Positions 48,086 through 57,986 of a stretch of 64,000 bases of DNA are shown here, piece by piece; position 1 is the stretch's first letter, and every line of letters begins with the position of its first letter. The stretch is from positions 12,205-76,204 of IMG/VR virus record IMGVR_UViG_3300028800_000076. One strand, given 5' to 3'. This stretch comes from a virus. The position numbers were made by a program, and so were the translations under genes. The notes under the pieces are model-generated. The model ran no database searches and was not told where the DNA came from. It was given only the letters and a program-made list of their open reading frames with translations.

Positions 48086-51000
48086 ACGGGCACTAAAGGC
48101 CAGAGCACGTCGAATACCAATTCGACGCAGACCTATACGCCTAACCCGCTGACGGCTGGCGCGGCGACGCAGTCGCTGACGGCTGCGCAGCAGGCCGCGA
48201 GCCAACCATTTAATCTTCCAGCCCAGCCGGTTGCGAACCTAACCCCCGATCAGTTGGCTGCCTTCCAGAATGTCCGCAACACGCAGGGTGTGGGTAATCC
48301 ATATTTCTCACAGGCCCAGAATCAGTTCCAGACCAGCGCGTCCCCTGTCACAGCGCAGGACGTAAGTCAGTTCTACAATCCGATGGCTGGCAATGTTGCG
48401 GCCCAGCTTCAAAACATCTTTGGCCAACAGCAGCGCAACACCACGAGCCAGCTTACGCAGGCGGCCGGTGGCGTGGGTGCCTCACGCATTGGTGTCGGGC
48501 AGGCCAACCTTGCCAACCAGCAGGGGCTCGCGGCGGGTCAGACCTTCTCGAATCTCTACCAGAATGCGCTTCAGAGCGCGCTCCAGACCAAGGGTCTTCA
48601 GCAGAACGCTGGCTATGGCCTGGAGGGACTGGGCACCACCGTCCAGAATGCCGATCTTCAGGGCGCGAATGCGCTGCTGGGCACAGGCGGCCTCCAGCAG
48701 CAGCAACAGCAAGCACAGCTTAACTCGCCCTATAACCTTCAACTTCAGCAGTTCGCCTATCCATTCCAGACCGCCCAGTATCTGGCAGGCGTCACCGGCT
48801 CGCTGTCGCCCGCGCTGGGCGGCACGCAGTCGGGTCAGTCTCAGACTCAGACCACCCCGGCTCAGCCCAGCTTGTTCAGCCAGATCGCAGGTGCGGGCCT
48901 TGCGGGCATTGGTCTTGCGGGAGGCTTTGGCGGTCTGGGTGGCAAGGGCTCTTCTCCGGCCTATGGAGGCGGCAATGCCCTCAGTGGGGACGCCTATGGT
49001 GGCAACTCAGCCAATCCGCTCCCAGGCCTCTCCGCCTCGGATTATGGAGCGGGTTTTGCGGGCGGCGGCGCTGTCGATCCGATGGACGCTGGCCACGGCT
49101 TTGATGACGGCGGCCCGGTGGTCCCGGACATTACCGAGTATGCGAACTCCATTGTTCCCAAGGTGCAACTGCACCCGGGGGCCTATCCGCGTCCCATGAG
49201 CATGCCGTCAGGCCCTGGACCGCAGGCAGGCGCAGGGGCCTCGGGTGCCAGCGGCCTTTCTGGTGTGCTGGGTCAGGCAGGCCAGCTTATGAATCTGGGC
49301 AAGTCGGCAGGGTCCCTCTTTGGGGGCGGTAGCGGAGCTAGTCCATTCGCCAGTCTGTTTGGCGGCTCGGGCGCAGGCGCTGCTGGAGCAGCCGGTGGAG
49401 ATGCCGCTGCGGCCGGGGCAGGTGGTGGCGAGGCGGGCATGAGCATGGCCGAGATGCTGCCCTTCCTGCTGGCCGCACGCGGCGGAGCCATCCACAAAGA
49501 TGATGGTGGTGGCCTCTCCCAGGAAGATTTCGACGCAAGGTTTCCTCAGGCTGGAGATATCAATTCCGGCGCTGATGTGATGAGCAATCCACTGGCGGCA
49601 GCGGCCAAGCTTCGGGCTTCAGCCATGGGGGCTGCGCCTGTCCCGCTCCCCCGGCCACGACCCACCAACCCCTTTGCCACAATCCCGGGCGGGAACGTGC
49701 CCCTGGGCAATTCTGGTGCGGTGCCCCCCGGCGCACTAGGGATGGATGATGCGCCTCCGGACGATGGCAGCGATGCCCAAGCGCAGGGCTCGGGCAATGA
49801 TCTCCCGTTGCGTCAGTCCGACCTGACCGCTCCACAATCCCAACTGCCCTTCCCGAACGCCACACAGGGCAATGCAGGCCAGGACTTTGCCAAGAGTCCT
49901 TGGGCTGCGCTCACATCTGCTGGCCTGGGCATTATGGGTGGCTCCTCGCCCTGGGCTGGGATCAACATCGGCAAGGGAGCCCAGGAGGGCCTCAAGACGC
50001 TGGAGAACCAGCGCAAGGATACGCGCGAGGAGGTCTCCTCCAACCAGCGGGCCCAGCAACTCTTCCAGCAGGCCCAGCAGGAGCTTCTCAAATATAATCG
50101 TCCGGACGCCAATACGACTGAGCGCACCCAGCTTGAGCGCGAGAAGATGGCGCAGGAGCAGTGGACTCCGACCGGCACCACCGACAACGAAGGCAACCCG
50201 GTTCTCTTCAACAAGAAGACCGGCCAGACCAAGGTTATTAAGCCACCGGGTGGCGAAGCTGGATCGAGCCCAGCTTCTCAATCGGCCTATGACTGGGCCA
50301 AGGCCAATCCAGATAATCCGAAAGCGGCAGCACTTTTGGGTGACGCTGAGCGATATCTTAAGACCGGCACAATGCCCACCAATCTGGGCTCCAGACAACA
50401 GGCTGGCCAAGAGGGCCAGCGCATCCGGCAAACTGCTTATGCGATGGCCAAGGAACGCGGGATCGAAGCGGGCGATCTTCCGAAGAATTGGCAGACCTTC
50501 AAGAGCGAACAGACGGCCATTACCCGCTTCATGTCGGGGCCACAAGGCAACACGATCCGCTCGCTTAACGTGGTCACCGACCACGCCGACACGCTGCGCA
50601 AACTGGGCGAAGCTCTGAAGAATGGGGATACGAGGGTCTTCAACACCGTGGCCCAGGAATGGGCTCGTCAGACGGGCAAGCCCGCCCCCACCAACTTCGA
50701 CATGGCCAAGCAGATTGTGGGCGCGGAGTTGATCAAGGCCCTTGGCGTGGCAGGCGCTGGTACAGCCGAAGAGCGTGCTCAACTAGGCAAGTCGATCTCG
50801 CTCGCCAGTTCTCCGGCCCAGATTACGGAGGCCATCGACAATGTTATGCGGCCTCTCTTGGGTGGCCAGCTTCGTGGCCTACGTCAGCAATTCACCACAT
50901 CGACTGGTCTGCCTGAAGATCGCTTCAACGGCATGCTCTTCCCGGGCACGAGACAGTTCATAGAGCCGAAAGAAGATAAGAAGACGGAGACCAAGCCAGC

Positions 51001-51103
51001 GGCAACCAATCGCCCAGAGGGTGTTCCTGAAGGGTCGCGCCACGGCAAGAAGGGCGGTGTCTCCGGCTGGATGACCCCAGACGGCAAGTGGGTGCCAGAT
51101 TAA
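48086..51103 (+). CDS. DNA ejection (pilot) protein, probable ACG start
   Basis: Frame open from 48047; GGGGG SD then ACG GGC ACT AAA GGC; Q/G-rich pilot-type N-half. Confidence 0.75.
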   Translation, partial: TGTKGQSTSNTNSTQTYTPNPLTAGAATQSLTAAQQAASQPFNLPAQPVANLTPDQLAAFQNVRNTQGVGNPYFSQAQNQFQTSASPVTAQDVSQFYNPMAGNVAAQLQNIFGQQQRNTTSQLTQAAGGVGASRIGVGQANLANQQGLAAGQTFSNLYQNALQSALQTKGLQQNAGYGLEGLGTTVQNADLQGANALLGTGGLQQQQQQAQLNSPYNLQLQQFAYPFQTAQYLAGVTGSLSPALGGTQSGQSQTQTTPAQPSLFSQIAGAGLAGIGLAGGFGGLGGKGSSPAYGGGNALSGDAYGGNSANPLPGLSASDYGAGFAGGGAVDPMDAGHGFDDGGPVVPDITEYANSIVPKVQLHPGAYPRPMSMPSGPGPQAGAGASGASGLSGVLGQAGQLMNLGKSAGSLFGGGSGASPFASLFGGSGAGAAGAAGGDAAAAGAGGGEAGMSMAEMLPFLLAARGGAIHKDDGGGLSQEDFDARFPQAGDINSGADVMSNPLAAAAKLRASAMGAAPVPLPRPRPTNPFATIPGGNVPLGNSGAVPPGALGMDDAPPDDGSDAQAQGSGNDLPLRQSDLTAPQSQLPFPNATQGNAGQDFAKSPWAALTSAGLGIMGGSSPWAGINIGKGAQEGLKTLENQRKDTREEVSSNQRAQQLFQQAQQELLKYNRPDANTTERTQLEREKMAQEQWTPTGTTDNEGNPVLFNKKTGQTKVIKPPGGEAGSSPASQSAYDWAKANPDNPKAAALLGDAERYLKTGTMPTNLGSRQQAGQEGQRIRQTAYAMAKERGIEAGDLPKNWQTFKSEQTAITRFMSGPQGNTIRSLNVVTDHADTLRKLGEALKNGDTRVFNTVAQEWARQTGKPAPTNFDMAKQIVGAELIKALGVAGAGTAEERAQLGKSISLASSPAQITEAIDNVMRPLLGGQLRGLRQQFTTSTGLPEDRFNGMLFPGTRQFIEPKEDKKTETKPAATNRPEGVPEGSRHGKKGGVSGWMTPDGKWVPD

Positions 51104-52752
51104 TGGCTGATGATTTTGTCCCAGATGCTGACTTTACGCCCGATGATGATTTCAAGCCGGATAAGCCGACTGGCTTGAAGGATACGGCCATTGATGTTGC
51201 GAAGTCATTTCCGACTGGTGTCGTTAAGGGTGTTGCAGGCATTGCTGGGGCTCCCGGCGATCTCCAGAACCTCAAGGGCAGCGATTACAATCCATTTAAC
51301 TGGCTGACCAAGAAAGCCGCTGAAGTTCTGCCGACATGGTGGACAGAGCACAGCAAGCAGAATGCTGAGCGCGCTGGCCTTGGCGAGGGTATGAAGGGAG
51401 AAACGGGATTGCCCTCATCGGCCCAGATTGAGCAGGCGGTTAAGCCAGTCACAGGTGAGCTTCATAAGCCGGAAACCACAGCCGGTGAGTACGCCCAGAC
51501 AGCCGGTGAATTCGCGCCCAATATGCTGGGTCCAGGCGGACTTTGGCGCAAGGCGTTCATGCAGTGGCTTGGTCCGGCCGCCGCGACTGAAACGGCAGGA
51601 CAACTGACCAAGGGAACGGCCGCTGAGCCTTATGCTCGCGGTGCTGCTTCGCTGATCACGCCTTACGCCATGTCGCGGGTACGAACGCCGATCAATACAT
51701 CTCCCGGCCGCGCCGATATGGTGGATGATCTTGTCCGTGAAGGGGTCACCGGGCTTACAGCAGGGCAGCGCACCGGCAGCAAGAACCTCAGATATTTCGA
51801 GAGTGTTCTGGGCGATTATCCAGGTGCTGGCGAGGGGGCCACTCACGCGCAGACTCGCGCCAATGAACAGTTCACGCAGGCTACGCTAGCGCGCCTGGGT
51901 GTGCCGCGCAATATGCCGCCCACGCGAGCTATCCTGGATCAGCGCATCGAAGACCTGGGGACCACTTTCAACCAGATTTCAGCGCGCAATAACGCCAATC
52001 TGGATCGTCAATTCACGCGAGATATCTCCAACGTAGAGACACGTTATCAGCGCAAGCTGGACAGCCAACAACGCCAGATTTTCTATGATATCTTGGGAGA
52101 TATCCAGAACTACGGGCATCAAATGCCCGGGACGGTTTACCAGCCCCTGCGCTCAGACCTGACCAAGATGGCGTTCGGCGCGCGTGATCGCGATCCATTA
52201 TTTGCAGACGCTATTCGGGGTCTCAGAAATGCTCTGGATGGAGCCATGGGCCGCTCGATCTCTGCGCTGGACAGAAATCTCTGGGAGCGCACCAGACGCG
52301 AGTGGGGCAACTGGAAGACTGTGGCCGGTGCAGCCAAGAACACAGACGAGGCAGGCCATATCCTGATTACGCCAGCGGCGCTCAAGCAGGCAGCCAGCGC
52401 CAAGAATCGTGAGGCCTTTGCTCGCGGCGATGGCCCATTCGCCAATCTTGCTCAGGCAGGCTCAACTGTCATGCGGCAGCTACCACAGTCAGGGACGCAG
52501 CCTCGCCATGTGGCCGTCGCCATTCCATCCGTTATTGGATCAGTTCTGGCCGCGCCTCATGCTGGGCCGGAGGCCGCAATCGCTGCGATGGCGGGCCTTG
52601 CTGGCCCGGCTGTGGCAGGCCGCGCGCTCATGAGCAGGCCCGTGCAGCGCTATCTCGCCAACCGAGGGGAGATGGGGCACGCCAGAGACACGCGCACGCG
52701 CGCTTTGTTGCGGGAAATAGAAGCATCAACTGACCAAAGAGAGAAACCATGA
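51103..52752 (+). CDS. DNA ejection protein
   Basis: TAATG coupling; LTAGQRTGS, LPQSGT motifs typical of transfer proteins. Confidence 0.7.
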   Translation: MADDFVPDADFTPDDDFKPDKPTGLKDTAIDVAKSFPTGVVKGVAGIAGAPGDLQNLKGSDYNPFNWLTKKAAEVLPTWWTEHSKQNAERAGLGEGMKGETGLPSSAQIEQAVKPVTGELHKPETTAGEYAQTAGEFAPNMLGPGGLWRKAFMQWLGPAAATETAGQLTKGTAAEPYARGAASLITPYAMSRVRTPINTSPGRADMVDDLVREGVTGLTAGQRTGSKNLRYFESVLGDYPGAGEGATHAQTRANEQFTQATLARLGVPRNMPPTRAILDQRIEDLGTTFNQISARNNANLDRQFTRDISNVETRYQRKLDSQQRQIFYDILGDIQNYGHQMPGTVYQPLRSDLTKMAFGARDRDPLFADAIRGLRNALDGAMGRSISALDRNLWERTRREWGNWKTVAGAAKNTDEAGHILITPAALKQAASAKNREAFARGDGPFANLAQAGSTVMRQLPQSGTQPRHVAVAIPSVIGSVLAAPHAGPEAAIAAMAGLAGPAVAGRALMSRPVQRYLANRGEMGHARDTRTRALLREIEASTDQREKP

Positions 52753-52874
52753 TATTTTGGGCTTGGATTGGGGGATTTTCGGGCGGGTTCTTCGTGGGGC
52801 TGTTGGTCTTTGAACGGCCCGTTTGGGCCACAAATCTCATCGCCAAGATCAAAACCAAGATCGGATTATCATAA
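52749..52874 (+). CDS. 41-aa membrane peptide (possible holin/antiholin)
   Basis: ATGA and TAATG overlaps; hydrophobic N-half, basic tail. Confidence 0.5.
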   Translation: MIFWAWIGGFSGGFFVGLLVFERPVWATNLIAKIKTKIGLS

Positions 52875-53692
52875 TGGACCAGAACTTTAAGATTTGCTTG
52901 GCGGCTGTCCTCAAGGAGGAGGGCGGCAACGATGATGATCCGCGCGATCCGGGCGGTAGGACCTCACGGGGCGTTATCCAGCGTGAGTGGGATGCATGGC
53001 GCAAGTCGCATCCTGGGCTGCCTGAAGATGTCTGGAACGCACCTCAGGTCCAGATTGAGGCGATCTACCGGGAGCAATACTGGCTGCCGTTGTGCCCAGA
53101 ACTGCCATCGGGGCTCGATCTTGAGTTCTTCGACTTCTGTGTGAATTCTGGACGGACGCAGGCCGTCCGCACGCTTCAGCGTGCGCTTGGCGTCGGCGTA
53201 GATGGCATGGTCGGCATCTTAACCAAGCAGGCCATTAAGGACGCCAATATCCAAGACTTGATCAGAACCTATTCGCAAAAGCGTGAGGAGTTCTATCGCT
53301 CCCTGGACAAGTTCGATGTGTTCGGCAAGGGCTGGCTGGCGCGGACGGCTCGCATCGAGACCTCATCGCTCGGGCTCGCTAAGAACGATCTTGTGACGCA
53401 TCCGACCATCGACACGCAGCCGGGGCTGCCTCAGGTTACAGTGAGCCCCAAGGCCGATCCAAAGGATATCGCGCAGGCCACCATCAGCCCGAACACGGCG
53501 TCGGCAGGCACCATTGCCAGCACAGTGGGCGGCGCAATCTCGGACCAGCTTCAACAGACCAGCACGGCTCTACAGCCGCTGTCAGAGACCTTCCTGTATG
53601 TGAAGTACATCTGCATCGGCATCAGCATTATCTGTGCTGGCTTGGCCATTTACGCCGTGATCAAGAACCGCAGAAGTGCAGCCGCGTCATGA
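52874..53692 (+). CDS. GH108 endolysin with PG-binding domain and C-terminal TM tail
   Basis: EEGG..DPRDPGGRT.RGV, FDFCVNSG, LQRALGV.VDG, FGKGWLAR. Confidence 0.92.
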   Translation: MDQNFKICLAAVLKEEGGNDDDPRDPGGRTSRGVIQREWDAWRKSHPGLPEDVWNAPQVQIEAIYREQYWLPLCPELPSGLDLEFFDFCVNSGRTQAVRTLQRALGVGVDGMVGILTKQAIKDANIQDLIRTYSQKREEFYRSLDKFDVFGKGWLARTARIETSSLGLAKNDLVTHPTIDTQPGLPQVTVSPKADPKDIAQATISPNTASAGTIASTVGGAISDQLQQTSTALQPLSETFLYVKYICIGISIICAGLAIYAVIKNRRSAAAS

Positions 53693-53988
53693 TCGACTTC
53701 CTGTGGAATACGCTATGGGGATGGTGGGGCGTCACAGGGGTTATTCTTGTGGTCTGTGGCGTGATTGCGTGGTTGATCCCAACACTACGGCTGACAATGA
53801 TCGAAGCTGCCCTCGCTGTGCTTGCGGTTGTGGCCAGCTACACCAAGGGTAATCGTGATCAAGCCAATCTGGAACAGCGCCGCAAGGATGAAGCGGTGCA
53901 GAAAGCGAAAGAGGACTATGCCAAGATCGATGCTCGGCCTGATACCCCTGATGATGTTGCTAAGCGGCTGCGCGACAACAATTTTTGA
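53689..53988 (+). CDS. inner-membrane spanin (Rz-like)
   Basis: N-terminal TM plus periplasmic coiled coil; overlapped by a lipoprotein gene. Confidence 0.65.
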   Translation: MIDFLWNTLWGWWGVTGVILVVCGVIAWLIPTLRLTMIEAALAVLAVVASYTKGNRDQANLEQRRKDEAVQKAKEDYAKIDARPDTPDDVAKRLRDNNF

Positions 53989-54148
53989 CCCACGCGCGTG
54001 CCCAGATGTAAAACCTTATACCAAAGCGCAACAAAATCAGTTCCTGGCGGATTTACCCAAATCCCCACCCTCTATCCAGGGACTCGTGGTTGACTATGGC
54101 AAGCTCAGGGACAAAGCCAGGGCGTGCTCGCACCCGGGGCAAGTTTAA
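53918..54148 (+). CDS. outer-membrane spanin (Rz1-like lipoprotein)
   Basis: GAGGA SD; MPRSMLGLIPLMMLLSG-C lipobox. Confidence 0.7.
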   Translation: MPRSMLGLIPLMMLLSGCATTIFDPRACPDVKPYTKAQQNQFLADLPKSPPSIQGLVVDYGKLRDKARACSHPGQV

Positions 54149-54545
54149 GAGCATCGTGAACCGCAATCAGCCGACTATTGGAGGTTGGTTTTCCAACCAA
54201 CTGTGGAACACCAGTCTTCCATGGTTGCTGGGATTGTTCTTTATTGGAGCGGGCTTTTATTACACCACCACGCTTCGATTGGCCGAACTCGACAAGAAGG
54301 CTGTCGAGCTTCAGGTAACTCTCACGGAGCAAAAGCAGGCTTTGGTTGAAACCAAACGCTCGGACGCCTCGGAGCGGGAAAAGACCAGGGATGTCTTCAT
54401 GGCGGATTCCAAGGCCACGGCTCTGGGCATCGCAGAGCTTAACAAGCAGACTGCTGTGATGGCTACCACCTTGGCGGGGGTGCAAAAAGAGCTAGAGAAG
54501 ATCGGGGCGCGTCTCGATGCGCCACTCGTTCCCCCTAGAAGATAA
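54090..54545 (+). CDS. membrane protein with coiled coil
   Basis: One TM then heptads; true start may be GTG near 54156. Confidence 0.55.
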   Translation: MTMASSGTKPGRARTRGKFKSIVNRNQPTIGGWFSNQLWNTSLPWLLGLFFIGAGFYYTTTLRLAELDKKAVELQVTLTEQKQALVETKRSDASEREKTRDVFMADSKATALGIAELNKQTAVMATTLAGVQKELEKIGARLDAPLVPPRR

Positions 54546-54569
54546 TCCATAAGTCTGATATACCCCGGG

Positions 54570-54797
54570 TTGAACTTCCCCAGGCTCCAGGTAGGCACCG
54601 TGGATAGCAGCAACCTCTGGGTGCTCCTGGCGATTGCCTTTTTTAATGCAGTCACCGCTATCGCTGCTCTGATGACCAAGCGAGATATGGGCCGCCTGGA
54701 GAAGAACACCAATTCCATTGTGGCCCAGTTGATTGTTTCCACACGCTCTGCGGCTCACGCGGCAGGCATGAAGGAAGAAAAGGATAATCCCTCATGA
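54570..54797 (+). CDS. small membrane protein (possible holin)
   Basis: One TM then LEKNTNS. Confidence 0.5.
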   Translation: MNFPRLQVGTVDSSNLWVLLAIAFFNAVTAIAALMTKRDMGRLEKNTNSIVAQLIVSTRSAAHAAGMKEEKDNPS

Positions 54798-55090
54798 GCG
54801 TGTTTTCACAGATTGTGGAGTTCCTGCGAGCCCTGGTCAGCACGCCACTGACTTATCCCGAACTCGAAGGAGCCCTGGATAAGTTGGCGAGCGAGAATCC
54901 AGAAAAGCTCGACTGGAGAAACTCCATCGTAGACCTGATGAAGCTCACCAACCAAGACAGCGGATTGAAGAATCGGGAAAAGCTAGCCCAGGAACTGGGC
55001 TATCCGGGGCCCTATAATGGCTCAGCCGACATGAATGTCTGGCTGCACCAACAGGTTATGGATGAGCTAGCGAAGACACTTCCTCGCTAG
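54794..55090 (+). CDS. DUF3597 domain protein
   Basis: KLDWRNSIVDLMKL...LAQELGY...SADMNVWLHQQVM. Confidence 0.8.
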   Translation: MSVFSQIVEFLRALVSTPLTYPELEGALDKLASENPEKLDWRNSIVDLMKLTNQDSGLKNREKLAQELGYPGPYNGSADMNVWLHQQVMDELAKTLPR

Positions 55091-55102
55091 CCCCAAGCTC
55101 CA

Positions 55103-55408
55103 TTAAGGCGCTGCGGCTTTCGCCTTGGCAACCTCAGCCGTATTGGTGGTAATCAAGCCACGGATGGACTGAACGGCAGCCGCCACATCGGCGTCAGACG
55201 TACCCGTTGCCGTGATCTTGGTCAAAAGAGTTTCGATTTCAGCATTGTTGTCAGTGAGAGCAGTGGAAAGGTCTGCAATGGCAGCCTTCAGGTCATCGAT
55301 TGCGGCCACGATCTTATTCTCCATTTGTTGCAGTTTTCGCATCAACTCATGATCTGAGTTATCATGATGATGGGGTTCACGGCACATCTTCAATCCAAAT
55401 GTTTCCAA
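55103..55408 (-). CDS. coiled-coil hypothetical protein
   Basis: Ala/Thr-rich heptads. Confidence 0.55.
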   Translation of the reverse strand: METFGLKMCREPHHHDNSDHELMRKLQQMENKIVAAIDDLKAAIADLSTALTDNNAEIETLLTKITATGTSDADVAAAVQSIRGLITTNTAEVAKAKAAAP

Positions 55409-55866
55409 AGACGGCCAGATTTTATTTTTGCGATGGTAGTACCATGAACTCCAAATCTTCTACCTAGTTCCCTAGAAGAGCCATTCGCGCTTCGAATCTC
55501 TCTTACTAAATTCGGGGTAAGGACTGAATTGCCGTTCTGGGCCCCAGCAGGACCTCCGATCCCGTATCTGGCTTTTGCCACCATGTCCTGAACATTATCG
55601 TGTTGGGTTCCCAAGAATAAATGATCTGGATTGATGCAAGATGGTGTATCGCACCTATGTAGAATGCACGCCCCGTCTGGAATGGGACCGTTTTTTAACT
55701 CCCACGCAAGCCGATGGGCTGCTTTAGTTTTTCCCTTTATTCCTAGCTGCCCGTATCCATTTGAACCAATATTACCAACCCAAATATGACACCCGCATTC
55801 GGGGACCGGCATGGAATAAAATTCCAGACGGTCGGATATCTTGGTCCCATGTTTCATGGGCTCCAT
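55390..55866 (-). CDS. HNH endonuclease (His-Me finger, HTH tail)
   Basis: GCHIW, AHRLAWEL, LHRCDTPSCINPDHL.LGT..DN..DM. Confidence 0.9.
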   Translation of the reverse strand: MEPMKHGTKISDRLEFYSMPVPECGCHIWVGNIGSNGYGQLGIKGKTKAAHRLAWELKNGPIPDGACILHRCDTPSCINPDHLFLGTQHDNVQDMVAKARYGIGGPAGAQNGNSVLTPNLVREIRSANGSSRELGRRFGVHGTTIAKIKSGRLWKHLD

Positions 55867-55934
55867 GCTAAGACGTTGACAACACTCAATCAATAGGCAA
55901 AAACCTCCTGGGGATAAATCACAGGGGGTTCGGG

Positions 55935-56486
55935 ATGAACAGATTTCTTCTTCTGATCGTGACGATCTTGGTCTTCGGTGCGTCTTCAGAGCAGGCCCAG
56001 TCTCGTGCCTACAGCTACGAGACTCCCACCCGGTTCTCCCATCCCATGGGCTCCAATTCCTGGAGGTGGTGGGCCCCTCCTGTATACCAAGGCCATCGAC
56101 TGCGCTGCATCCACCAAGGCTGTAAGATAGCTCATGCCAAGAAGGCCCATCCAAAGGCCCAGAAACGCTCACCCATTAAGATTGCGGAGCGACTGCTACC
56201 CCACCCCCCAGGGTGCCCCAGAATCCGCTTCTGTGGCTGCGGCGTGGCTCTAAAGGTGTTCGGTAAGCCAGTGCGTAAGCTCTATTTGGCCGCCAATTGG
56301 CTCAAGTTTCCCAAGGCCAAGCCAGCCCCGGGGATGGTCGCGGCCAGATCGGGCCATGTCTTTCTGATCGTGAAGACCGTGGCTCCAGGGCTGGTCCTGG
56401 CCTACGACCCCAACAGCGGCGGCCACAGGACAAGGCTCCACCTTAGGAGCCTTGCTGGCTTCTCAGTCAGGAATCCCCGGGCATAG
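55935..56486 (+). CDS. secreted CHAP/NlpC-P60-like protein
   Basis: Signal peptide; FCGCG...AANW...PAPGMVAAR.GHV...YDPNSG. Confidence 0.65.
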   Translation: MNRFLLLIVTILVFGASSEQAQSRAYSYETPTRFSHPMGSNSWRWWAPPVYQGHRLRCIHQGCKIAHAKKAHPKAQKRSPIKIAERLLPHPPGCPRIRFCGCGVALKVFGKPVRKLYLAANWLKFPKAKPAPGMVAARSGHVFLIVKTVAPGLVLAYDPNSGGHRTRLHLRSLAGFSVRNPRA

Positions 56487-56829
56487 GCATTGAGGCTGCC
56501 TTGCGCATGGCTGCCGCAACCTCTTCCTTGGTGCGGCCGGGGCAGTCATTCCAAGTTGGAATATAAACCCCATGCGACGAAAGCGGACTATCCTCGCCAT
56601 ACACGACCTTGGCCAAGGCTCCAGCGGCCTTTATTCCAGTGTCCGAGAATTCCCAGCGGGAGGCATGACCACAGGTCACTTCGCCAATGGCTCCCAGAGC
56701 GCAAACATTCATGCCTGTATGACCAAGTCGACCCTGGCACCACCGCTCCTCCACAATCTCAGCCGCCTTCATCAAGGCACAGCGTACTGGATTGTCAGGA
56801 AGGGTAACGACCTTCTCATTCTCGTCCAT
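56467..56829 (-). CDS. DUF6197-like protein (paralog 2)
   Basis: WCQG...CALGAI...WNDCPGRTKEEV. Confidence 0.7.
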   Translation of the reverse strand: MDENEKVVTLPDNPVRCALMKAAEIVEERWCQGRLGHTGMNVCALGAIGEVTCGHASRWEFSDTGIKAAGALAKVVYGEDSPLSSHGVYIPTWNDCPGRTKEEVAAAMRKAASMPMPGDS

Positions 56830-56843
56830 GATCTTCTCCCGTG

Positions 56844-57986
56844 TTAGCGCAGCCGATGCTTCGACTTGCCCTTGTTCATATGCTCCAGCAGGTAGTTATA
56901 GAGGATCGGGGTCACCATCGTGCCGCCCGAGGCCAGCCGCCGGATTTCCGGATCGTGGATCGGGAAGGTGGCCAAACGCTGCCGCGTCTTCGTATCCACA
57001 AACATGCGCTTCTGATCCCCATCCTTCCACAATTCCGCATTGCGGGAGATGAAAAAGGCGAGCGTCATCAGGAAGTTGTTGCGCAGATGGGAATGCGCCG
57101 CGCCAATCTGGACGCTGCGAATGCCCCAACAGCTATCGATCAGGTCGAAGATGTCATGGATATTCTGCCGGAAGTTGGCCAGCCCTACCTCTTTGGCCAC
57201 ACGGTCCAGCAGGGAGGACATGGTGGCGGCTCCGGAAGAGGTAAGCCGTGCAGGCCCCTTGCCAGAGTTGGTCACGCCATCCGCCTGGGTGCGGTGGAGC
57301 GCCATGGCTGTACGCAGGAGGGAGGAGGCCGTGAGAAGCTCTCCCTTCCCCATGCGCTGGTTCCAACAGACCCGCCGATAGAGCGCAAAGGACGGATCAT
57401 TGAAGGTCAGGCCATAGGCCGTCAGAACTGACGGATGCTTGTCCCGGGAGTTGCGCAACAGCACGTTGGGGGAAACCGGCGTGCGAAGCTGGTTCAAGTC
57501 CGCAAAGCGCTGCTTCTCCCATTCCTTTGTGGAGTTGAAGTGGATGGTGGCCCCAAGGGGATTGAGAGCCTCGATCATCTCTTCCTTGCCCTCTTCCTGG
57601 AGCTTGGCCATCTGGAGGAGCATGGCGCTGACGCGCTGGAGTCCGTCGATAATGTAGACGGCATCGTGCAGGATGGTGGTCTTACCCTTGGTCTCGAAGT
57701 GCTGGCCCCGCATGCCCAGTTCAATGTCAGGCAACGTCACGCCATTGGCGATGCCGCGCTGAAGCTTGGAGGAGCGCTTGCCCCCCATGCCGGTATTGGA
57801 CAGCACCTCACGCTGGTAATCATCGGTCTTGAGTCGTGATAGCGTGTCAGTGTCGAGTACGCCACGTAGGATGATGGTGCCACCCTCGCGCTCCTCCAGG
57901 GAGCCATTGATCACCCGGATGCTACGATCATTGTCGTAGACATCCACAACCTTCTTCTCGGTCTTCATCAGCATGTCCTCCTCCAC
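56844..57986 (-). CDS. ParB/DGQHR-like domain protein
   Basis: DDYQRE, IIDGLQR, EKQRFADLN. Confidence 0.55.
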   Translation of the reverse strand: MEEDMLMKTEKKVVDVYDNDRSIRVINGSLEEREGGTIILRGVLDTDTLSRLKTDDYQREVLSNTGMGGKRSSKLQRGIANGVTLPDIELGMRGQHFETKGKTTILHDAVYIIDGLQRVSAMLLQMAKLQEEGKEEMIEALNPLGATIHFNSTKEWEKQRFADLNQLRTPVSPNVLLRNSRDKHPSVLTAYGLTFNDPSFALYRRVCWNQRMGKGELLTASSLLRTAMALHRTQADGVTNSGKGPARLTSSGAATMSSLLDRVAKEVGLANFRQNIHDIFDLIDSCWGIRSVQIGAAHSHLRNNFLMTLAFFISRNAELWKDGDQKRMFVDTKTRQRLATFPIHDPEIRRLASGGTMVTPILYNYLLEHMNKGKSKHRLR

